Below are positions 40,441-51,308 of a stretch of DNA of 64,000 nt, piece by piece; the first letter of the stretch is position 1, and every line of letters starts with the position of its first letter. Origin of the DNA: an uncultured Candidatus Rokubacteria bacterium (lineage in GTDB: Bacteria > Methylomirabilota > Methylomirabilia > Rokubacteriales > CSP1-6); contig CAWBMV010000014.1 of the NCBI GenBank assembly GCA_963789955.1, positions 28,693 to 92,692 of the forward strand. The letters are read 5' to 3'. Made by a program: the position numbers and the translations under genes. Below the pieces are notes generated by a model. The model saw only the letters and a program-made list of their open reading frames with translations, was not told the origin of the DNA and made no database searches.

Positions 40441-41868
40441 ATGACCGCGATGACCGCGTACCCGCGTGAATCCATCGTCTCCGTGCGTGCGCTCGCCGAG
40501 CAGGCGTTCTCGCGGGCCTCCGGCGCGCCGCTCGTGCCGGGGAACAGCATTCGCCTGCTGAAGGACGCGCGCGAGAACTATCCGGCGTGGCTCGACGAGA
40601 TCGCGCGCGCGACGCGGTGCATCCATTTCGAGAGCTACATCATTCACGATGACGCCGTGGGTGAGCACTTCAGCGACGCGCTGATCGCCAGGGCACGCGA
40701 TGGCGTGCACGTGCGTGTCATCTACGACTGGATGGGCGGATTCGGCAAGACCTCGCGCCGGTTCTGGAAGCGACTGCGGGCGGGAGGCGTCGAGGTGCGC
40801 TGCTACAACGCGCCGACTCCGGCCAGTCCGCTGGGTTGGCTCAGCCGCGATCACCGAAAGATGCTGGCCGTGGACGGCACGGTGGGCTTTGTCAGTGGCC
40901 TCTGCGTCGGACAGGCCTGGGTCGGCGACGCCTCGCGCAATATTCCGCCGTGGCGCGATACCGGCGTGGAGGTGCGTGGCCCGGCGGTGCGGCAGATCGA
41001 GGAGGCGTTCGCGCAGATGTGGGCTCTGATGGGTGAGCCGCTCCCCGACGACAGCGCGGCGATCGTAGATGCGAAAGCGCCGGCCGGAGAAATCGCCTTG
41101 CGCGTCGTGGCGACTGTTCCAAACACGGCCGGCTTGTTCCGTCTGGGTCAGCTCGTCGCCGCGATCGCCCGCGAGCGCCTCTGGCTCACCGACGCCTACT
41201 ATGCGGGCACTCCCACCTACGTGCAGGCGCTCCGGTCGGCCGCTCGAGACGGCGTGGACGTCAGGCTGCTCGTGCCGAACGGAACCGACATTCCACTGCT
41301 CCGACCGCTGTCGAAGGCCGGCTATCGCACGCTGCTGGAGGCCGGCATACGCGTCTTCGAGTGGAACGGCTCGATGCTGCACGCGAAGACCGCCGTCGCG
41401 GATGGGCGGTGGGCGCGCGTGGGCTCGACCAATCTCAACCCCGCGAGCTGGCTCGGCAACTGCGAGCTCGATGTGCTCATCGAGGACGACGCGTTCGCGC
41501 GCCAGATGGAAGCGATGTACCTCGAGGATCTGACCAACGCCACCGAGATCGTCCTGGACGAGCGATCCAGGGTCCGGCAGCTCGCCGGGCAGCCGGATCC
41601 GCCCGCGGCGGGAGGCGGAGGGAGCGCCGGGCGCGCAGCCGCCGGCTTGCTTCGCCTCAGCAACACCGTCGGCGCGGCGGTCACCAACCAGAGGAAGCTC
41701 GAACCCGTCGAGACGCGGATCATGCTCGCCGCCGCGATCGTCCTCGTGATCGTGGGCGTCCTGGTCGCTGTCTTTCCGCGATTGGTCGCGTATCCGATCG
41801 CGGCGGTGGCGACCTGGATCGCCGGAGCCCTGTTCTATCGAAGCTATCGCCTGCGGCGAAAGGAGTAG
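40441..41868 (+). CDS. Phospholipase D family / cardiolipin synthase-like protein
   Basis: Two HKD motifs: HRKMLAVD and HAKTAVAD. Confidence 0.9.
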   Translation: MTAMTAYPRESIVSVRALAEQAFSRASGAPLVPGNSIRLLKDARENYPAWLDEIARATRCIHFESYIIHDDAVGEHFSDALIARARDGVHVRVIYDWMGGFGKTSRRFWKRLRAGGVEVRCYNAPTPASPLGWLSRDHRKMLAVDGTVGFVSGLCVGQAWVGDASRNIPPWRDTGVEVRGPAVRQIEEAFAQMWALMGEPLPDDSAAIVDAKAPAGEIALRVVATVPNTAGLFRLGQLVAAIARERLWLTDAYYAGTPTYVQALRSAARDGVDVRLLVPNGTDIPLLRPLSKAGYRTLLEAGIRVFEWNGSMLHAKTAVADGRWARVGSTNLNPASWLGNCELDVLIEDDAFARQMEAMYLEDLTNATEIVLDERSRVRQLAGQPDPPAAGGGGSAGRAAAGLLRLSNTVGAAVTNQRKLEPVETRIMLAAAIVLVIVGVLVAVFPRLVAYPIAAVATWIAGALFYRSYRLRRKE

Positions 41869-42000
41869 CTCTCGCGAATGACGGAAAATTCTTGCCGATC
41901 ATGCTTCCAGTCCAGGTGCCTGCGACATCGGCGTTCGGCGCGTCGAGCGCGGCCTGCCGGGCCTCCCAGGTGGCGCTGCAGCCGGTTGAAACAACGGCCG

Positions 42001-42735
42001 CTAACGGGCCGAGGGCAGAAAATCAACCACTCCGGACTCCAGGTTGTACATCGCACCGGCGATCTTGACGGCGCCCTTGGTCTCCAGCGCGGCGATGACG
42101 GCACTACGACTGTGGATCCCAGCCATCGTGAGCTCGACATTCTTCCGAGCAACCGCGTCGACGAAAACATAGTTCTTCGCGGAGCGCTCGCCCTGATACG
42201 TGGTGGCATCGACTGCCGGCTGGATCTTTGTGAGCAGGCCGGTGAGGTTGCCGAGCTGGGCCCGGTCGATGGCGCCCTTGATCGCGCCGCAGGCCGTGTG
42301 GCCCATCACCAGGATGACCTTCGCTCCGGCGAGCTGGCAGGCGAACTCCATGCTGCCGAGGATGTCGTCGTTGGCGACGTTGCCAGCCACGCGCGCGTTG
42401 AACACGTCGCCGATGCCGAGGTCCATGATCGTCTCAGCCGGCGCGCGAGAATCGATGCAGCTCAGGAGCACCGCGGCCGGATACTGTCCCTTCGCACTCG
42501 CTTTTTGCTGGGCCAGGTAGTCTTGCGCCGTCTTTTGGCCCATTCGGAATCGCTCATTGCCTTTCTTCATCAGCTCGATGATCTCGTCCGGCGTCATTCG
42601 GTCGCGCTCTGCCTTGGTCAGTGCGGCCGCCCAGACGATCCGGTTCGGGAGTGCGGACGCCACGAGGGTGGCGCCACCGGCCACGGCGGCGGTTTTGAGG
42701 AATGCTCGGCGATCGATACCCGCCGGATCGCTCAT
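42001..42735 (-). CDS. Beta-class carbonic anhydrase, Tat signal
   Basis: DRRAFLK, CIDSR, RVAGN, GHTACGA. Confidence 0.92.
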   Translation of the reverse strand: MSDPAGIDRRAFLKTAAVAGGATLVASALPNRIVWAAALTKAERDRMTPDEIIELMKKGNERFRMGQKTAQDYLAQQKASAKGQYPAAVLLSCIDSRAPAETIMDLGIGDVFNARVAGNVANDDILGSMEFACQLAGAKVILVMGHTACGAIKGAIDRAQLGNLTGLLTKIQPAVDATTYQGERSAKNYVFVDAVARKNVELTMAGIHSRSAVIAALETKGAVKIAGAMYNLESGVVDFLPSAR

Positions 42736-42926
42736 GCGGATCTCCTTCGGTCGAGTGAAAGGGCACAGAGAAAGTAAGAACGCCACGCCGCTGTTTATTG
42801 AAGCCTAGCCAAGAGATCGGTCTCAATAGGACGAAGGTCGGATGCCCCACCTTGGAGCGCGATCGTGACGCTCCATGCGGGAGTAAGATAGCGCGGTCGC
42901 CACCAAATTCTATCCGGAGGCCCGCC

Positions 42927-43367
42927 ATGCAGAAGTCCGAGTTCACGCAGTCGCTGCTCGTCAAGCACTACGAGGACACGACGTTCGCGACGCTGGAGGC
43001 GAACAACGGCGCGCCGCGGCCGCAGTTCCTCTACCGTCAGCTCGGCGTCGAGGAAGCTACCGGCGGCGCGTACGACGCGCACGTGATCAAGGGTGTGCCG
43101 GGCTCGAAGCCACCGATCGCCGAGCACAAGCACACCGAGCTCGACTTCCTCTTCGTCTATGTCCTCAAGGGCTGGATGAGCTTCCACTACCACGGCCACG
43201 GCGAGCACAGGCTGAAGGCCGGCGACTGCCACATCATCCCGCCGGGTCTGTCGCACACGGTGACCGGCTGGTCGGAGGACGTCGAGATCCTCGAGATCAC
43301 CGCGCCCGGCCACTACAAAACGATCGACACGGTGAACGGCGTGGAGGTCGCGCCGGCCACCGCCTGA
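42927..43367 (+). CDS. Cupin domain protein
   Basis: HKH...VYVLKGW...PPGLSH; GGAGG RBS. Confidence 0.85.
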   Translation: MQKSEFTQSLLVKHYEDTTFATLEANNGAPRPQFLYRQLGVEEATGGAYDAHVIKGVPGSKPPIAEHKHTELDFLFVYVLKGWMSFHYHGHGEHRLKAGDCHIIPPGLSHTVTGWSEDVEILEITAPGHYKTIDTVNGVEVAPATA

Positions 43368-43417
43368 AGCGGAGCGCCTGGGCCAGATACAAGCGGACGA
43401 GCGGAAGATCCGGAGGG

Positions 43418-43515
43418 CGAGCGGATCGAGGTCGCGGCCGTGTCAAGGACGGGTCCGCGGAGGTATCAGTGAGCGACACCGGGGTCGGCATTGCGCCGGA
43501 GGAACATGAGGTTCG
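43418..43515 (+). pseudogene. Fragment of a histidine kinase HATPase domain
   Basis: RIEVAAV..KDGSAEVSVSDTGVGIAPEEHE (G1 box) with no flanking coding context. Confidence 0.55.
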
Positions 43516-43580
43516 AAGGATGCGCGAGCGGCGCGCCTGCCGTCGGGGACGCACCGGGCACCCGCGTAGAGGCCGCGTTG

Positions 43581-43994
43581 CTACTTCACGGGCACGGCGA
43601 TCGGTTGGCCTTTCGGTGCGATCATGATGACCAGGCTCTTGTAGGGTTCGGTGGTGCTCGCGTTGCGAGGCACCAGCACCGTCCGGGGCGGGACGCAGTG
43701 CGCATCACCGGCCCTGAGGTGGGCCGCCGGTTCTCCCTCCTTCTCGAGGTTCAAGGCGCCCTCCAGAACGTAGATGCATTCGGTGCCCGGGTGGTAGTGC
43801 TTCGCCCCGATCACCGCTGCGGGAATATCGGTTCGCCAGATCCGGATTTCGTATCCATCGAGCCCCTTCAGGTCGCTTGTCAGGAGGACCGTCCGGTTCT
43901 CGGATGGTTGCTGAGCGGCGACGATGTAGCTACCGAGCGCACCGAGCGTACCCGCAACCAGAGCGGCGGCAGCGATTCCAACCCGTGCGTTCAT
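43581..43994 (-). CDS. Exported cupin domain protein
   Basis: Signal peptide, HYHPGTECIYVLEG; GAGGAGG RBS. Confidence 0.85.
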   Translation of the reverse strand: MNARVGIAAAALVAGTLGALGSYIVAAQQPSENRTVLLTSDLKGLDGYEIRIWRTDIPAAVIGAKHYHPGTECIYVLEGALNLEKEGEPAAHLRAGDAHCVPPRTVLVPRNASTTEPYKSLVIMIAPKGQPIAVPVK

Positions 43995-44112
43995 CGCATC
44001 CTCCTCGAGGGTGCTCATGCGGAAACTGCTAGAACGTCACCATCCGGTCACGCCCTCGACCTCGACGAGTCGGCGTATCTTCCGCCGGGATGACCACAAT
44101 CGACCGATCCGT

Positions 44113-45258
44113 TTACGCGCTTCCCAGCCCGTAGAGCGCGGCCGCATTGTCGTGAGTCAGCTTGCGGCGCATCTCCGGCGACAGGTGCCGCATCTGCCGC
44201 TCGATCGCTTGTCGGGAGTTGGGCCAGACGCTGTCGGGGTGCGGATAGTCCGACGCCCACAGCAGGTGGCCGTCGCCGAAGAACGGAATGAGCGACATCG
44301 CCACGTGGTCTTCCTGGAAGGTCGCGTAGATCTGCCGCTTGAAGAGCTCGCTCGGCTTCGTGACGAGGGCGCTGCCGCCCTTGTCGGCCCAGAACTCCTT
44401 CGCCTCCCAGAGCCGCCAGTGGCGATAGTCGAGCTCCTCGACGAGCCAGGGCAGCCATCCCGTGCCGGCCTCGGCCATCACCATGCGCAATCTCGGATGG
44501 CGTTCGAGGATGCCCCAGGCGAAGAGGTCGACGAAGGGCTCGAGGAAGTTCGCGAGGAAGAACTTGGTGTTCTCGAAGACGCTCGCCGCCTTGCCGGCGA
44601 CGCGATCGCCCGGCTTGCCGACGAACACCGTGATGTGCCAGGAGAGGACGATGCCGCTCTCCTCGAGCGCCTGCCAGAGCGGCTCCCAGGCCGGGTCGTC
44701 GAGCTTGGGGTTGACGTTGGCGATCATGAGATTCACCTGGCGCACGCCGCCCTTTGCCCTCACCCGCTCGAGCTCGGCGAGCGCGCCCTCGGGCGTCTCC
44801 GGCAGCATCGGCAGGCCGATGAGCCGGTCGGGCGCCGCCTTGCAGAAGTCGAGCAGCCAGTCGTTGTAGACGCGATAGCAGGCGGTGCGTAGCACGGGAT
44901 CCTCGGTCGAGATCTGGAAGATCGGCCCGAAGATCACCTGCGTCGCGACGCCGTCGCGGTCCATGTCGGCCAGACGCAGCTCGGCGACGGCCGGGCGGCG
45001 CGCGCTCGCGTCGTGGATGCCGGCGCGGTCGAAGGCGTTATAGAGCGCCTTGATCGGCCGCGCTGAACCCGTCGCCGGCGGCTTGCCGTCCCAGCGGCCC
45101 CACACCTTCCCGTCGCACACCCAGACCGCCTGGCCGTCGCGCTCCTCGACGTGCGGCGCACGGTCGAGCAGCGACGCGGGCAGCCGCGTGGTCCACAGAT
45201 CTGCGGGCAGTTGGCTGAGGTCCATGTGGTCGTCGCAGGAGATGAGCCGGTCAGTCAT
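44113..45258 (-). CDS. Amidohydrolase_2 family protein
   Basis: ISCDDHMD, ADMDRDGV, EAGTGWLP, WASDYPHPDS. Confidence 0.92.
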   Translation of the reverse strand: MTDRLISCDDHMDLSQLPADLWTTRLPASLLDRAPHVEERDGQAVWVCDGKVWGRWDGKPPATGSARPIKALYNAFDRAGIHDASARRPAVAELRLADMDRDGVATQVIFGPIFQISTEDPVLRTACYRVYNDWLLDFCKAAPDRLIGLPMLPETPEGALAELERVRAKGGVRQVNLMIANVNPKLDDPAWEPLWQALEESGIVLSWHITVFVGKPGDRVAGKAASVFENTKFFLANFLEPFVDLFAWGILERHPRLRMVMAEAGTGWLPWLVEELDYRHWRLWEAKEFWADKGGSALVTKPSELFKRQIYATFQEDHVAMSLIPFFGDGHLLWASDYPHPDSVWPNSRQAIERQMRHLSPEMRRKLTHDNAAALYGLGSA

Positions 45259-45380
45259 GTGATCCTCCGGTCGTTACCGCGCCGCCGGGCGGCGACTGGG
45301 CCGATCCTACCGCGTCCCGCCGCCGGCGCAAGACATTTACCCCGACCTGCATTCGCTCTCCTCGAAGTACGATCTGCCCC

Positions 45381-46685
45381 GTGCGCATCCACCTGATCAC
45401 CGCCGAGTCGTCCGGGTCGCGGCGACTCCGTCGTGGACGCCTGATCCAGTTTCCCCAGCTCACCATGCCATTGATCGGAGCGCTCACCCCGCGTGCGCAC
45501 CATGTCTGGCACACGGACGAGATCGTTGAATCGGTGCGTTTCGATGCCCCGGCCGACCTCGTTGCGATCACGTCGCCCACGCCGTCCGCGCTCCACGCCT
45601 ATGACCTCGCGCGGGAGTTTCGCCGCCGCGGCGTGCCCGTCGTGATCGGCGGACCCCATGCCACCGGTCTTCCCGAGGAGGCCGCCCGCCATGCCGACGC
45701 CGTCGTCGTGGGCGAGGCCGAGGACACATGGCCGCGCGTCCTCGACGACGCTCGTCGCGGGAAGCTCGAGCAAGTCTACGTCTCGACCCGACAGGCGCCG
45801 CTCGCCGGGATGCCGGCTCCACGATGGGATCTCATCAAGGGACGCCGATACGGGAAGTCGGTCACGATCGCGACGCGTGGCTGTCCGCACCGCTGCGACT
45901 ACTGCTCGATTCCGCTCCTCTACGGGCCGGGCACCTACCGGTACCGCCCCATCGACGAGGTCGTTCGCGAGGTCGCCACGAGCCCGACGCGCGCGGTCGT
46001 GTTCTGGGACGACAACATCGGCGCGCGCCCGCGCTACGCGAAGGATCTCTTCAGGGCGCTTACGCCACTCGGGAAGTGGTGGACGAGTCAGTGTACCGCC
46101 CACGCGGCGAGCGACGAGGAGCTCGTCGCGCTCGCGGCGCGAAGCGGATGCAAGGCGCTGTTCCTGGGCTTCGAGTCGATCTCGCAGGAGAGCCTCGTCG
46201 CCACGAACAAGGGACACAACCGCGTCGACGACTATCGCCGGCTCGTCGCGTTGCTCCACCGGTACGGGATCGCGGTCCACCTCGGGATCATGTTCGGCTT
46301 CGACCAGGACGACCGCGGCATCTTCCGCCGCACCGCGGAGTTCCTCGACGAGGCGTGTGTCGACGTCGCGACGGTGAGCATGGTCGTGCCCATGCCCGGG
46401 ACTCCGACGTTCCGGCGGCTCCAGAACGACGGACGGATCCTGACGACCGACTGGTCGAGGTACGACGGAAAGAAGCACTGCGTCTTCCAGCCGGCCCGTA
46501 TGTCGCCCGCGGAGCTCGAGGCAGGGACGGAGTGGGTCGCCCACCGCTTCTACTCGCCGCGATCGATCGCTCGCCGGCTCGCGAGCTCACGCGTGGGACT
46601 CTGGTGGAGTCTCCCGCGGAACGTCGGCTACATGCTCGCGGGTCTTTCCAATGCGGCACCGTCGTGGGACCCAGCTACATCCTGA
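45381..46685 (+). CDS. B12-binding domain radical SAM protein
   Basis: GGPHAT, VVVGEAE, TRGCPHRCDYC, GFES, PMPGT. Confidence 0.92.
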   Translation: MRIHLITAESSGSRRLRRGRLIQFPQLTMPLIGALTPRAHHVWHTDEIVESVRFDAPADLVAITSPTPSALHAYDLAREFRRRGVPVVIGGPHATGLPEEAARHADAVVVGEAEDTWPRVLDDARRGKLEQVYVSTRQAPLAGMPAPRWDLIKGRRYGKSVTIATRGCPHRCDYCSIPLLYGPGTYRYRPIDEVVREVATSPTRAVVFWDDNIGARPRYAKDLFRALTPLGKWWTSQCTAHAASDEELVALAARSGCKALFLGFESISQESLVATNKGHNRVDDYRRLVALLHRYGIAVHLGIMFGFDQDDRGIFRRTAEFLDEACVDVATVSMVVPMPGTPTFRRLQNDGRILTTDWSRYDGKKHCVFQPARMSPAELEAGTEWVAHRFYSPRSIARRLASSRVGLWWSLPRNVGYMLAGLSNAAPSWDPATS

Positions 46686-47569
46686 GCCTCACGCCCGCGC
46701 GCTCCTCCTGGAGCGTCGAGGCCTTGAGACGATCCGCGTCGCCCCAGCCACGGTTCATCGCCTCCTGCAGCTCCATCTGGCAGAGATCGAGCAGGCGCGT
46801 GGGCACGTCGTGGACCCGAGCGAGATCCGCCGCCAGACCGAAGTCCTTGTGGGCGAGAGCCAGCGCGAAGCGCGCGGTGAAATCGCCGCGAAACAGGGTC
46901 GCCGGCATGCGCTTGGTGAAGGTCATGTTCTGGCTCACGATGCACCCGGCGCCGAACGCTTCCACGAGTCGCGGCATCGCCACGCCCGCCTTGACCCCCA
47001 GGGTCAGGCACTCGGCGATCAGCAAGTCGATGCTCATGGCCAGCGCGTTGTGGACGATCTTCGCGATCGATCCCGCGCCGAGCTCGCCCACCCAGACCAC
47101 GGCGCGCGAGAACGTATCGAGAATGGGCTTCACGGCGCTGCAGGATCGCCGCGTCGCCACCGACGAACAGTGTGAGCTGACCTTCGACGGCGCCCTCGCG
47201 CCCGCCGTCCAGCGGCGCGTCGAGCAGCTGGGCCCCGCGCGTGGCAAGCGCGGCGCCAACGTCGCGGACGACGCCGGGATCGTTGGTCGTGTGATCGATC
47301 ACGACGAGTCCCGATCGCGCGCCTTCGAGAACGCCTCCGGCACCCAGGATCACGGCGCGCATCTCCGGAGGACCGGGGACACAGACACAGACGACGTCGC
47401 ACTGCGCCGCGACGTCCCGCGGCGAGTCCGCCCAGACCGCGCCGCGCTCGAGTACGCCGGCGGCGGCACTTCGCCGCAGGTCGTGGACCGCTAGCGAAAA
47501 CCCTGCCCGGCGCACGAAGCCCGCCATGGGCGCGCCCATGTTGCCGAGGCCGATGAACCCAACCCGCAT
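46675..47569 (-). CDS. 3-hydroxyisobutyrate dehydrogenase-family NAD(P)-dependent oxidoreductase (frameshift near 47135)
   Basis: GFIGLGNMG, LDAPLDGG, GSIAKIVHN, KDFGLA. Confidence 0.9.
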
Positions 47570-47586
47570 CGCGTTGTCCTCCCCTG

Positions 47587-48475
47587 TCATGCCGACCCCG
47601 GCTTCTCCGGGAGCAAGCCTTCCGGACGCCGGATCATCATCGCCACGAGCACCACGCCGACCAGGATCTGCTGGGCGGCCGCGAGCCGCACACCCGTCAA
47701 AAACGGGATCACGTCCTTCGCGAACCGGCTGCCCTCGAGCAGCCCGAGAAGCACCAGCGACCCGAGGAGCGCGCCGCGATTGTTCCCACTACCGCCGAGG
47801 ATCAGCGCGAGCCAGACGTAGAGGCTCTCCTGCGGGAGAAACATGTTCGGCTCGACGTACGCGAGATAGTGCGCGAAGAGCACGCCGGCAAGGCCCGCCA
47901 CGCCGGCGCCCATCGCGAAGGCCTGCACCTTGAAACGGAAGACCGGCTTGCCGGCAACGGCCGCGACCACCTCGTCCTCGCGGATCGCGCGCAGCACGCG
48001 GCCGAAGGGCGAGCGGCGCACGCGCTCGAGTGCTCCGTAGACGAGTGCGACCGCCACCAGCACGAGGATCAGGTAGAAGAGATCGTACCGGCCCGGGAAA
48101 CCACGCGTGGAGCGGGCGCGGGATCGCGGTCACCCCGTTCGCACCGCGCGTGAGCCACGCCTCGTTCAGGAGGAACAATCTCAGGACCTCGGCGAAGCCG
48201 AGCGTGACGATGGCGAGATAGTCCTCGCGCAGTCGCAGCGCCACGAGCGCCACCGCCGCGCCAGCGACGGCGGCAAGTACCACGCCCGCGGGCCACGCCA
48301 GCAGCAGCGGCACGCCGCCAACGGCCAGCAAGGCGGACACGTAGGCGCCGACGGCGAAGAATGCGACCACACCGAGGTTCACCAGGCCGGTCAGCCCCCA
48401 CTGGACGTTCAGGCCGAGGGTCAGGAGCGCGCGCACGCCGACGAGCGTGAGGATGGCGGTGAGGTACGCGATCAC
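47587..48475 (-). CDS. livM: Branched-chain amino acid ABC permease (frameshift near 48090)
   Basis: LREDYLAIVTLGF, GRVLRAIREDE, RPEGL. Confidence 0.88.
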
Positions 48476-48485
48476 GTGCGCGTGC

Positions 48486-49347
48486 TCACGAGCGCGAGCC
48501 GGCGAGGCCGCTCGGCCGTACCAGCAGGACCGCCAGGATGATCACGAAGCCGATCGCCGTCTTGTAGGTCGGGGGCACGAACAAGGTGCCGGTCTCCTCC
48601 ACGATGCCGACGATCATGGCGCCGGCGAGGGCGCCGGGCGCCGAGCCGATGCCGCCGAGAATGGCCGCCGCGAAGACCGAGATGATGAGCCCGCCGCCCA
48701 TCAAGGGGTCGATGCTCGCGTCGAGCCCGAGGAAGACGCCGGCGCCGCCCGCGAGGGCACCGCCGCCGAACGTGGCGACCGCGATCACGCGATCGGTGGG
48801 GACACCCTTGACCGCGGCGAGCAGCGGGTTGTCGGCCGTCGCGCGCATCGCGATGCCGAGCCGGGTGCGGAGCAGGAACACCTGGGCCAGCATCATCAAG
48901 ACCACGGCGGCGCCGAGGATCAACAGCTGGTCCCGGCCGATCCGCAGCCCGGCCACGCTGGCGGCACGCGTCACCGGCACGTCGTAGGCGCGGAAGTCGT
49001 TGCCCCAGGCGAAGCGCACGACGATTCTCCAGGACGAAGGCGACGCCGATCGACGCGATGGCGAGCGAGAACGGCCGCCGATCCCGCATCGGACGAAACG
49101 CGATGCGGTCCACCACGAGGGCGACGGCGCCCGTGGCCGCCAGCGCGCCGAGCCAGGCCACCTCGAGAGGGGCGCGCGCGCCGGCGTTCAGCGCGAGGGC
49201 GGTGTAGGCGCCGACCGTCAGGTACGTGCTGACGGCGAAGTTGGGAAAGCGCAGGAGCCGCCAGAGCAGCGAGAAGGCGACGGCCGGCAGGGCGAGGATG
49301 CCGCCCGTCATGATCCCGTTGAAGACGTATTGCGCGATAGGCGGCAT
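48486..49347 (-). CDS. livH: Branched-chain amino acid ABC permease (frameshift near 49025)
   Basis: TRLGIAMRATADN, AAILGGIG, RPSGL. Confidence 0.88.
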
Positions 49348-49362
49348 CCGCGCGCGAGCCGA

Positions 49363-50578
49363 TCAGGGATTGATGACGGTCACGAGCTCGGACTTGCCCT
49401 TGCGCACCTGCTGTACGGCGAAGGGCGCGGAGAGGATGTCGCCGATCGCGTCGAAGTCGCACGACCCCGACGCGCCCTCGTAGTTGATTTTCTTGCCCTC
49501 GCCGAGGAGCTTGGCGCCTTCGGCGAAGGAGTACACCGCGGTGCCCGGGCGGGTTGGCGACCGCGCGCAGGTGGTCCTTGATCACGGTGCCCGACGCCTC
49601 GCCCTTGCCGGCCGCCAGGGCAAGCGCCACGATGGACATCTGGTCCCAGGCCTGCGGCGCATAGGGGCTCGTGTCGTTGCGCGGCACCGCCGCGGAAAAC
49701 TCCTTGTACGCGGGCGAATCGAACAGCGGCGCGCGGTCCATGTTCCAGATGCCCTCCGCCACCTCCGGGCCCGTGCCTTCGATGAACTTCGCGTTGACGG
49801 CGAAGCTCGGCGCCAGGATCGCGCCCTTGTAGCCGGCCTTGTAGATCTCCTTGGCCATGACGACCGAGTCGGGGGTGTAGCCCTCGAGCATGATCAGGTC
49901 GGGATTCGTCGCCAGGATGCGCGTGACCTCGCTGCGGTAGGACGGCTTCTTGTCCTCGTAGACGAGGTCGTCGGTGATCGTCGCGCCGGCCGCCTTCACG
50001 ATGCCGCTGAAGGCGTCGCCGAACGAGCGCGCGTAGGGCGTCTGCAGCGCCAGATAGGCGACGCGCTTCCACTCCTTCTTCGAGACGACGAACTTCGCGT
50101 ACATGCTCCCCTGGAGCTTGGTGTTGGGCTGGGTGCGCGCCACGTAGCCCTTGTGCTCGCCCTGCGTCACGGCGTCGGCGCCCGAGACGCCGATGAGAAA
50201 CACCTGCGACTCCACGCACAGAGGCTTGACGGCCAGGGTGACGGCCGAGGCCCACGTGGCGACGATGGCGACCACCTTGTTGACGTCGATCAGCTTGCGC
50301 GCCGCGCGCACGCCGGCCTCGGCGTTGGTCTGGTCGTCCTCGTGGAAGAGCTGCACGGGCCGGCCGAGGATGCCGCCCGCCTTGTTGATCCGCTCGACGA
50401 CGGCCACCACCGAGCGCTGCATGTCCGGGCCGTAGGAGCCGCCCGCGCCGGTGAGCGGGCACAGGGTGCCGATGTTGATCGGCTGCTTCGACTGCGCCGA
50501 GAGAATCGCCGGCGCCCCGAGCACCAGTCCCGCCGTCGCCGAGCACTTCAAGAGCTCACGTCGTGTCATCGTCGCCAT
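49363..50578 (-). CDS. Branched-chain amino acid ABC substrate-binding protein, Tat signal (frameshift near 49545)
   Basis: TRRELLK, PLTGAG, INKAGGILGR, NYEGASGSCDFD. Confidence 0.88.
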
Positions 50579-50599
50579 GTCTGACCCTCCACGTGATGC

Positions 50600-51308
50600 C
50601 TAACCGCCAAGATAGAGACGTTGGATCTCGGCGATCGTCGCGCAGCACGTCGCCCGGTCCCTCCGCGCGGACGCGCCCCATCGCCAGCACGTACGCCCGC
50701 CGGCACAGGCCGAGCGACTCGCGCGCATTCTGCTCGACGAGGAGAATGCCGAGCCCGCGCGCGTTGATCTCGCGCACGCGATCGAACACGAGGCGCTGCA
50801 GCGCCGGTGCCAGGCCGGCGGAGGGCTCGTCGAGGAGCAGCAAGCGAGGCTCCACCATCAGCGCCATCGCCATCGCGAGCATCTGCCGCTCGCCGCCGGA
50901 GAGGGTGCCCGCCCGCGCGCGCCGCCGCTCGGCGAGGATCGGGAAGAGCTGGACGACGGCGCCCGCCCGCTCGTCGAGCGAGCGGCTCGCGGTCCACGCG
51001 CCGATCGTGAGGTTCTCCCACACGCTGAGCGACGGGAAGACGTTCGCCTCCTGCGGCACGTAGCAGAGGCCGCTCTCGACGATGCGCCGCGTGCCCGCGC
51101 CGGTGATATCGGCGCCCTGCAGCACGATCCGACCCCCGCGCGGCGGCACCAGGCCCGCCAGCGCCTTCAGCAAGGTCGATTTGCCGGCGCCGTTGGGTCC
51201 TATGACCGCGACCAGCTCGCCGGCCTCGACGCGCAGTGAAAGGCCGCGGAGGATCTCGTGATCACCGTAGCCGGCCGAGAGCTCGTGCACTTCGAGCAGT
51301 GCCGTCAC
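50600..51308 (-). CDS. livF: Branched-chain amino acid ABC ATPase (frameshift near 50630)
   Basis: GPNGAGKST, LSGGERQM, LVEQNA, YLGG end. Confidence 0.88.
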
